A stretch of 24,284 bases of DNA from Fastidiosibacter lacustris (lineage in GTDB: Bacteria > Pseudomonadota > Gammaproteobacteria > Francisellales > Francisellaceae), in assembly GCF_003428155.1 (NCBI RefSeq), contig NZ_QLIR01000024.1:1-24284 (forward strand). The letters run 5' to 3'. Position 1 is the first letter of the stretch, and every line of letters begins with the position of its first letter. Position numbers and translations under genes: made by a program. Below the pieces are notes generated by a model. That model saw only the letters and a program-made list of their open reading frames with translations, had not been told where the DNA came from and did not search any database. Shown here piece by piece: positions 1 to 7,421 of this stretch.

Positions 1-242
1 AACACCAATAGCAACTTTTACTGATGGGAAAACGCACTGGCAAGAGAAGGTTGAATTGCTCAACCATATCTGACAAAAATCGCGTTTGAAAAATAGGCAA
101 CTGTCAGGTCAAGTCTAAACTTATACACATTACACTTTATGTTTCAAAATTATTTAAGTTTTGGTTGGTGTAATTCTCTTAATCCGTTATTTCATTTGCA
201 ACTTCTATGAGGTAGAATCCCTCAATATGAAGATAGGCAGTA

Positions 243-2057
243 TTGTTAAACTATATGAAAAAAACGTTCTATAATATTCCAGCGACACGTTTATTGCCTA
301 GCAAATGGGATTTGTTTTCACTCTTTTTTGTATTGTCTATGATTTTTATTATTGCTTGGGTGTGTAGTAGCTTGGGTGGTAGTGTTGACTATCGTAATAT
401 TGATACTTTAGCTAAATATGAGCATGTTTCTATGAATTTGTGGAATTTGCCAAAGTATGCGGCAAATACAACTGTTCGAATGTTTATCGCACTTTTTTGT
501 TCATTCGTTTTTAGCTTTGTAATTGGGGCGTGGGCTGCTAAGAGTAAACGTGCTGAGGGCATTATTATTCCTATTATTGATATTTTACAATCCATTCCTA
601 TTTTGGGTTTTTTAGCGATCACGATTACAGGATTTTTAGCTATCTTTCCCTATTCTTTGTGGGGTGCTCAACTTGCTGTTATCTTTGGGTTATTCACTGC
701 TCAAGCTTGGAATATGATGCTAAGTTTCTATCAATCGTTAAAGACAATACCAAAGGAATTAAGAGAAGCTGCTGATATGTATCAGCTATCTGGATGGCAG
801 CGTTTTTGGAAATTGGAAGTACCTTTTTCTATGCCTGGTCTGATATGGAATACGATGATGTCAATGTCAGCCAGTTGGTTTATGATTGTAGCGTCTGAGA
901 GCATCGTTGTTAATTTTTCTCAAACGACTTCTGCTACCATTAATCTTCCAGGAATCGGCACTTTTATTGATCAAGCTAATAATGAACGTGATTTTAGTGC
1001 GGTTTTTTTAGCTATTATTGTAATGCTTGTGGTGATCATTTTATATGATCAACTGATTTTTAGACCAATTGTTAAATGGTCAGAAAAGTTTGTTGTTACA
1101 GAAATACAGCAAGAAATAGGATCCAATTCATGGTTTTTAAAACTATTGCAACGTTCAACAATTTTGCAAGGCTTTAGCCATTTTATGGCGTTACAAGCAA
1201 ATCGCATCGTCAATATTTCGTGGTTTAAAAAGGACTTAAATAAGAACTACAATCAGCTTAAGCATCAAAAAGATGATGGGAGTAATTCGCGTCTACAGGC
1301 GGCAATTTGGCAGTTGTGTGTCGCTGTTAGCATTGGTCTGTTCATTTATCTTGCATGGCAGTTTATCTATGGCAACAAGGAGGCACCCATTACATTTGCT
1401 GAAACTTTAAAAGTATTTGGATATGGGCTATTGACAGGGTTACGTGTATTTATATTAATAATCATTGCTTCAATTATCTGGGTGCCTATTGGTATTTGGA
1501 TTGGTTTGCGCCCAACTGTCGCTGAGAAAGTGCAGCCTTACGCTCAAATTTTTGCAGCTTTTCCAGTAAATGTGTTATACGGATTGTTTGGCACGGTGGT
1601 GATTGCATTTAATCTGAATTTTAATATTTGGTGTATATTGCTGATGGCATTAGGTACTCAATGGTATATTTTGTTTAACGTGATTGCTGGTGCTTCTGCT
1701 ATTCCACATGAACTTAAAATGGCTGCTAAAAATATGCAATTAAAAGGAACTGTAAAATGGTTTAAGTTCTTGTTTCCTGCTGTTATGCCTTTTTATGTAA
1801 CAGGTGCAATTACTGCTGCAGGTGGTGCCTGGAATGCAAGTATCGTTTGCGAATATATCAATTGGGGTAAAGATTCAGTGATTATGGCTTCAGGGATTGG
1901 TGCTTATATTTCTGAGCAATATAATGCACCAGGCGATCATACGGCAAATATTGCGCTAGGTGTGGTAGTAATGTGTGTTTTGGTAGTGCTTACAAATAAA
2001 TTGTTCTGGCGCAAACTTTATAATTACGCTGAAAAGCGTTTTAGTATGAATATGTAA
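243..2057 (+). CDS. ABC importer permease with two fused permease modules (TauC/SsuC/NrtB-like, duplicated-permease type)
   Basis: 604-aa ORF made almost entirely of hydrophobic helices. Two internal modules each carry an EAA-type cytoplasmic loop: PKELREAADMYQLSGWQRFWKLEVP in the first half and PHELKMAAKNMQLKGTVKWFKFLFP in the second. An ABC ATPase gene follows directly. The true start may be ATG 255 (MKKTFY...) rather than TTG 243. Confidence 0.85.
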   Translation: MLNYMKKTFYNIPATRLLPSKWDLFSLFFVLSMIFIIAWVCSSLGGSVDYRNIDTLAKYEHVSMNLWNLPKYAANTTVRMFIALFCSFVFSFVIGAWAAKSKRAEGIIIPIIDILQSIPILGFLAITITGFLAIFPYSLWGAQLAVIFGLFTAQAWNMMLSFYQSLKTIPKELREAADMYQLSGWQRFWKLEVPFSMPGLIWNTMMSMSASWFMIVASESIVVNFSQTTSATINLPGIGTFIDQANNERDFSAVFLAIIVMLVVIILYDQLIFRPIVKWSEKFVVTEIQQEIGSNSWFLKLLQRSTILQGFSHFMALQANRIVNISWFKKDLNKNYNQLKHQKDDGSNSRLQAAIWQLCVAVSIGLFIYLAWQFIYGNKEAPITFAETLKVFGYGLLTGLRVFILIIIASIIWVPIGIWIGLRPTVAEKVQPYAQIFAAFPVNVLYGLFGTVVIAFNLNFNIWCILLMALGTQWYILFNVIAGASAIPHELKMAAKNMQLKGTVKWFKFLFPAVMPFYVTGAITAAGGAWNASIVCEYINWGKDSVIMASGIGAYISEQYNAPGDHTANIALGVVVMCVLVVLTNKLFWRKLYNYAEKRFSMNM

Positions 2058-2107
2058 TTTGGCGTGAGAAAGAAGAAACGACTCTACTTAATAAATAAAG
2101 GATAATC

Positions 2108-3457
2108 ATGATTAATAACGATAGTATAGTATCGAAAGCTCACAATGTGAGCTCAAAGGAAATACAGCGTATATTATGTGTTGACAAGGTATCCAAAGCC
2201 TTTAAAAAACCTGATAAGCAAGATTTAATGGTACTTGAAGATGTCGATTTTACAATGAAAGAAGGTGAAATAATTGCTCTTCTAGGAAAGTCTGGCTCTG
2301 GTAAATCTACTTTGCTAAGAATCATTGCAGGACTGACTGCACCTACTACAGGGGAAGTAATTTATCGCGACAAAAAGGTATCAGGACCTGTTCCTAATGT
2401 GTCAATGGTTTTTCAAAGCTTTGCTTTGATGCCGTGGTTGACCGTATTGCAAAATGTAGAGTTAGGTCTAGAAGCACGTAATATCAGTGCCAGTGAGCGT
2501 AAAGAAAAAGCATTAAAAGCGATTGATATGATTGGTTTGGATGGTTTTGAAAACGCATATCCCAAAGAGCTATCAGGCGGGATGCGTCAGCGTGTGGGTT
2601 TTGCACGTGCGCTTGTATTGCAGCCAGACTTGTTGTTAATGGATGAGCCCTTCTCAGCACTTGATGTGTTAACGGCAGAAAATTTGCGTGAAGATTTATT
2701 GGAGTTATGGGAAAAAAATGATGCGATGAAGGGAATCTTATATGTTACTCATAATATTGAAGAGGCAGTGCTCACAGCGGATAGAATCATTATTTTTGGT
2801 AGTAATCCTGGCTTTATTCGAGGAGAACTTAAAGTTGACTTACCTCATCCAAGAAACTCTCAAGATGAGGCTGTCACCGATTTAATTGATGAAGTATACC
2901 GAATGATGACAACAGCAGAAACAAGAGAGCTAACTGAGCGCATGAATAAGCGTAAAGCACTTAATATTGGTTATCGATTGCCAGATGCTGAAGTTTCTGA
3001 GTTAACTGGATTATTGACTGAGATGGATGATTTACAAGCTAAAGGCTCAATCGACTTACCTGATTTGGCAGATCATGTGCGCTTAGATATTGATGATTTG
3101 TTTCCAATTATTGAAACTTTATCCGTACTTCATTTAGCTAGTGTATCAGATGGGGATATTACAATGACTACCTTGGGTAAACACTTTATGTCCGCAGATA
3201 TTGAGGAGCGTAAAGTGATCTTTTCTAAGCTTTTAGTGCAGCATATTCCATTGGCGCGTCATGTGATAAAAGTTTTAAAGGAACGCCCAAATAAAAAAGC
3301 GCCAGAATCACGTTTCTTATCTGAGCTTGAAGATTATTTAAGCGATGATGAAGCTGTACGTGTGTTTAATACCTTTATTAATTGGGCGCGTTATGCTGAG
3401 ATTGTTGAATACGACGCCGCAATAGGTATATTAAGCTTAGATGAAACCAATACCTAA
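2108..3457 (+). CDS. ABC transporter ATP-binding protein (nitrate/sulfonate/taurine-type NBD) with a C-terminal extension of about 190 aa
   Basis: Walker A GKSGSGKST, Q-loop FQSFALMPW, signature LSGGMRQRV, Walker B LLLMDEPFSALD, H-loop YVTHNIEEA. AAGGA lies 7 nt upstream of the ATG. Residues from about 260 to 449 extend beyond a normal NBD and have no motif I can name. Confidence 0.9.
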   Translation: MINNDSIVSKAHNVSSKEIQRILCVDKVSKAFKKPDKQDLMVLEDVDFTMKEGEIIALLGKSGSGKSTLLRIIAGLTAPTTGEVIYRDKKVSGPVPNVSMVFQSFALMPWLTVLQNVELGLEARNISASERKEKALKAIDMIGLDGFENAYPKELSGGMRQRVGFARALVLQPDLLLMDEPFSALDVLTAENLREDLLELWEKNDAMKGILYVTHNIEEAVLTADRIIIFGSNPGFIRGELKVDLPHPRNSQDEAVTDLIDEVYRMMTTAETRELTERMNKRKALNIGYRLPDAEVSELTGLLTEMDDLQAKGSIDLPDLADHVRLDIDDLFPIIETLSVLHLASVSDGDITMTTLGKHFMSADIEERKVIFSKLLVQHIPLARHVIKVLKERPNKKAPESRFLSELEDYLSDDEAVRVFNTFINWARYAEIVEYDAAIGILSLDETNT

Positions 3458-3783
3458 TAGGTATAAATGAATATAGAGTAATTAAGATGCTAGTGTGTAC
3501 TTATTTAAGTGGCTTTTGATACTAAAATTAAACAATAATCACTAACCATATCAATTGTCATACTGGATTATCACTCATGATGTATTTAAGGAATGGGGCA
3601 CTGAAAAGTGATCAAATCGTATGTTCAAGTTGAATGCAATGTGAAATTATCGTGCCTTGGATAGAAAATGGAACATTCAAAGCGGTATTAGATATGGGTT
3701 TTGACAATTTAGTGACATTTGATCATATAGGTCAATTTTATTTAGAACAATTGTTGGCTTCGTTATAATGTTGGGTAGTAATT

Positions 3784-5832
3784 TTGACAGAGTATTATAG
3801 CATTGATATTAAAAAACTATTTTCAGACGCTGGTTTGCACATGCGTGAAGCACAACTTCAGATGATTGAAGCTGTTAAAATAGCACTGGTTAATGATGAA
3901 AAAATTATAATTGAAGCCCCGACGGCAACAGGTAAGAGTTTTGCATATTTATTGGGTGCTCTGCTAGCTAACAAAATGCGATGTGAGCAAGGACATGAAA
4001 AACTTACCATTGTTCTATCAACAGCAACCGTGGCATTGCAAGAGCAATTAATGGATAAAGACTTACCGTTTATTCACAAGCTACTACAAGCACATGATTT
4101 AGCTTTTAGCTATCAGCTAGCAAAAGGGCGTTCACGTTATTTGTGTCCGCGGAAATTGCATAGCCATAGCTTAATAGAAACTGATTTAATTACCGAAGCA
4201 GAAAGTTTAGATAAGCGATTTCAAAAAGATTGGGATGGCGATTTTGATTTATTAGAGGAACCCCTTTCAAAAACACTGATGCAAGAGATATATAATACCA
4301 GTAGCTCATGCTCATTTACTCGTTGTGAATATTATCGCGAATGCCCGTTTTTGATAGCACGTCAAGGCTTAAAAAAAGTAGACATAATTGTTACTAACCA
4401 CAGTTTACTACTATCTCATTTAGATTTAGGAGATGGTTCGATTTTACCTAAATTTGAAAAGAGTATATACATAGTTGATGAATGCCATCATTTACCAGAT
4501 CGAGCGTTAAAGTCTTTGTCAGGTTTTGCATCATTATTGGGTTCTCACACTTGGATTAACGATGTTGATAAGTTATTAAATGCTTTACCAGCAGAACTTG
4601 CGGATAAAACTCGGCGTGAAAATTGGAAGCTTGTATGTACAAACCTCATTCAGCAACTCACCTATATGCAACAACTTATAGATCCACTTTATCGGCAAGC
4701 ACAAAAAGAAGAAACCGTGTGGCGTATCAAACATTTGGACGATGAAATGCTTAAGCTTGCAACAGAAATTAAAACTTCTGCGAGTTTCTATGTTATACAA
4801 TGTCAAAAACTTAAAGATGAGCTCGATAATTTTATTGAAAAAAATGAAATATATTCAGTAAGTAGTTTGGAAAAACAATTTACCCAAATGGGTTTTTTAT
4901 TGGAGCGTGCTCAAAATTTGCAGATGGTATGGTCATTGATGATAAACTCAGCCACTTCCCCACCGATTGCAAAGTGGGTTATTCCACATGATAAAAAAAT
5001 CAAGCAGGAAGAAATCCAAACGGATATATTGGCAACCAGTTTTCAAGATTATGATATTCATGCTTCACCAATTGAAGCAGCATCATTGCTGAAACAAGCA
5101 TTCTGGCAACACGTTCAACACGGGGTGGTATTGTGTTCTGCGACTGTACGCTCATTGGGGAAATTTGATCGATTTTTAAATGCTATAGCGCTTAAAAAAG
5201 AAGCAAAAACGCTGCTCTTGCCCTCACCATTAAATTATGAAAAATCAAAGATGATTATTCCTAATATGAAAAATGAACCAGTACAGCAAGAAAATCATAT
5301 TGATGAAACAGCAAAACTACTTAATGAACTCTATTTAAAGGACTTGCATGAAGGTGCTTTGGTATTGTTTACGAGTATCTATGCAATGGAAAAAGTCTAT
5401 ATGCGTCTTAGTGCTCAACTGAAAAAAATTACCTTAGTTCAAGGAGATCGCTCAAAGCAAGCAATGATTGCCATCCATAAAAAACGCATAGATGCTTTTA
5501 AACCTTCAGTTATTTTTGGTGTAGATAGTTTTTCAGAAGGAGTAGATTTGCCTGGTGCATATTTAACACGCTTAATTATTCATAAACTGCCATTTTCTGT
5601 GCCAACAAATCCGATTGATAAAACGCGCGCTGAGTGGTTAGAATCTATCAATCGCAAGCCATTTATGGATATATCCTTGCCGCAAGCTTCTTTAAAGCTT
5701 ACTCAAATGGTTGGTCGCTTAGTCCGCACTGAGTCGGATGTTGGTGAAGTGATTATTTTGGATAGGCGCTTAAAAACAAAATTTTATGGTAAAGCATTAT
5801 TAGATAATTTGCCACCTTTTCAAATTATTTAG
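3784..5832 (+). CDS. dinG: DinG/YoaA-family ATP-dependent DNA helicase (XPD-like SF2, Fe-S cluster type)
   Basis: Walker A APTATGKSFAYLL and DEAH-type box IVDECHHL. Four cysteines (CPRKL, then SSCSFTRCEYYRECPF) sit where the DinG/XPD 4Fe-4S domain lies. C-terminal motifs FGVDSFSEGVDLPG and QMVGRLVRT. TTG 3784 is the only in-frame start after the upstream TAA at 3766-3768. The N-terminal HMREAQLQMIEAV resembles the DinG/YoaA Q-region. Confidence 0.85.
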   Translation: MTEYYSIDIKKLFSDAGLHMREAQLQMIEAVKIALVNDEKIIIEAPTATGKSFAYLLGALLANKMRCEQGHEKLTIVLSTATVALQEQLMDKDLPFIHKLLQAHDLAFSYQLAKGRSRYLCPRKLHSHSLIETDLITEAESLDKRFQKDWDGDFDLLEEPLSKTLMQEIYNTSSSCSFTRCEYYRECPFLIARQGLKKVDIIVTNHSLLLSHLDLGDGSILPKFEKSIYIVDECHHLPDRALKSLSGFASLLGSHTWINDVDKLLNALPAELADKTRRENWKLVCTNLIQQLTYMQQLIDPLYRQAQKEETVWRIKHLDDEMLKLATEIKTSASFYVIQCQKLKDELDNFIEKNEIYSVSSLEKQFTQMGFLLERAQNLQMVWSLMINSATSPPIAKWVIPHDKKIKQEEIQTDILATSFQDYDIHASPIEAASLLKQAFWQHVQHGVVLCSATVRSLGKFDRFLNAIALKKEAKTLLLPSPLNYEKSKMIIPNMKNEPVQQENHIDETAKLLNELYLKDLHEGALVLFTSIYAMEKVYMRLSAQLKKITLVQGDRSKQAMIAIHKKRIDAFKPSVIFGVDSFSEGVDLPGAYLTRLIIHKLPFSVPTNPIDKTRAEWLESINRKPFMDISLPQASLKLTQMVGRLVRTESDVGEVIILDRRLKTKFYGKALLDNLPPFQII

Positions 5833-6107
5833 AAAAAGGATCGTTTGGATCAGTCTACTCATCCAAGAGCCATTTTTGTCTATTTCATAAAGCACCTCTT
5901 TTATTTAATTAGGATGTTTAATAGTCTAGTTTAGACCGGACAATTCATGTGTTCTTACTTAGGACATTTTATTTATTCTCTACAACTATTAAGACAGTTT
6001 GAGGTAGAGTAATAATTAGTTGTGACCTGCTTCACATAACTTGTTTTATTGATTATATTCATGTCGCTTTTTACATAGTTTTCCATAAACCAATAACTTT
6101 TAAATGC

Positions 6108-6117
6108 GATTACCCTG
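6108..6117 (+). repeat. Left copy of the 10-bp direct repeat GATTACCCTG flanking the low-GC island
   Basis: Exact 10-mer also present at 9981-9990. The upstream context partly matches: TTAAAtgcGATTACCCTG versus TTAAAactGATTACCCTG. Confidence 0.35.
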
Positions 6118-6203
6118 TAAAAGATATAGGGTCTTTGCTTGCGTGGTTGAGTATTAGGAAATATTATAGTAAATTAATTTTCAATTAGGAGGGATATCAC
6201 CGT

Positions 6204-7208
6204 ATGGATAGTATTGAATCAGTTCTTGAATTTTGGCAATTATGTGAATTATCTGATTTTAAAAGATTCAATTGTGCAAAAGAAAACGTCTCCCCTTTAG
6301 ACTTATCACAGATTAATAAATTTAAACAAATAGCTAATGAATATAGCAAATCGAATAACAAGGACTATAGAGTAAAAATAGACAATAAAACAACTAATAT
6401 ATATAAAGTTTATTTAGGACTTATCCAAGCAAAAGAAGCAATAAGATACGTTTACGATGCTTTTAAGAAAAGTGGTTTACTAGGCGAAGATATAGATATT
6501 ATTAATGCACTTGAAAAAGAGTTTGAGAAAATAAAGAAGCAAGATTGTACCTATCTAGCATACCTATATCTTGATCATAATTTGAATATAGTTTCAATTA
6601 AAGGTAATTGTTTTAATATAAATCCTATTTTTTATATATCAGCTATGCTACCTGATAAAAGTAAGTTAAATAATTTTGAACTGAATAACTTTGCAGAGGG
6701 ATATAGTGATGAGTTTAAAATAAAACATGAGGTGATCAATAGAAGCAATACTATTGTTATACCTGATGTTCAAAATCTTCTTAAGATTGGTCAGTATCCA
6801 AATGCTTTAAAGACATTATTATCATGTGATAAGTGTACACATCTATACATTTTTAACGAAACTATTAATGAAATACTTAACATTGCCAATACGTTATCTC
6901 ACCCATGTAGCAAGAATGCCTCTAATATCCTTGATGAAATATCCAAAGTAAAAAACAATCAGATTGAAGAACCTCGTCAATATCCTTATATATGTTTTGC
7001 AGAACGTCGAAGAGAACACTATGAACATTGTCATGAAGAATATTTATTAAACTCAGCAATTAAATTGCCATCGGAACAACCGTTTAGCTTTGTTTTTTTA
7101 TATACCAAGCATGAGTTGAGAAACTTTAGTATAAATCTTCCTATAAATTTATATTTAATCACGTGGTTTGATAAAGAGCTTTTCTATACACCACCGCTTG
7201 TTTCTTAA
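6204..7208 (+). CDS. Hypothetical protein, probably the N-terminal fragment of the downstream helicase reading frame
   Basis: 334-aa ORF with a strong AGGAGGG (6187-6193) upstream of ATG 6204. Very AT-rich, Asn/Lys/Ile-rich composition. No catalytic motif recognised. It ends at a TAA in the same frame as the helicase ORF that follows. Confidence 0.6.
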   Translation: MDSIESVLEFWQLCELSDFKRFNCAKENVSPLDLSQINKFKQIANEYSKSNNKDYRVKIDNKTTNIYKVYLGLIQAKEAIRYVYDAFKKSGLLGEDIDIINALEKEFEKIKKQDCTYLAYLYLDHNLNIVSIKGNCFNINPIFYISAMLPDKSKLNNFELNNFAEGYSDEFKIKHEVINRSNTIVIPDVQNLLKIGQYPNALKTLLSCDKCTHLYIFNETINEILNIANTLSHPCSKNASNILDEISKVKNNQIEEPRQYPYICFAERRREHYEHCHEEYLLNSAIKLPSEQPFSFVFLYTKHELRNFSINLPINLYLITWFDKELFYTPPLVS

Positions 7209-7421
7209 AATAAACCTGTAGATCAAAAAATTTTAGACTCAATATTTCGTCACATAAAAGACAGACTAAATATACCTGAAAATTTTTCATGTATTCAAAA
7301 ACCGTATTTTTTTGCTAAACGATATGAGAATCACAATATTAGACGTATTCATTCAATCGTTAAAACGAGCTTAACGAGTTACTATATTGATTCTCTTCGT
7401 GAAAGACTTAGTAAACTCTCA

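Noticed and set aside
1-73. Open frame 2-73 (TPIATFTDGKTHWQEKVELLNHI, then TGA) that could be the 3' end of an upstream plus-strand gene
   Set aside because: With only 23 codons and no recognisable motif, it cannot be told apart from chance or assigned a product.
3458-3783. The dinG upstream gap might hold a LexA/SOS box or a nested inverted-repeat structure (TGATCAAAT 3609-3617 / ATTTGATCA 3717-3725, and TTGAATG 3630-3636 / CATTCAA 3674-3680)
   Set aside because: No CTGT-N8-ACAG-type box is present. The inverted repeats are short, AT-rich, non-concentric and about 100 nt apart, which is within chance expectation for a 326-nt AT-rich stretch.
7206-7208. The internal TAA might be read as a sense codon through an alternative genetic code
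   Set aside because: TAA terminates several well-supported genes in the same window (2055-2057, 12713-12715, 19828-19830). The TAA-A context is also an efficient terminator in bacteria.
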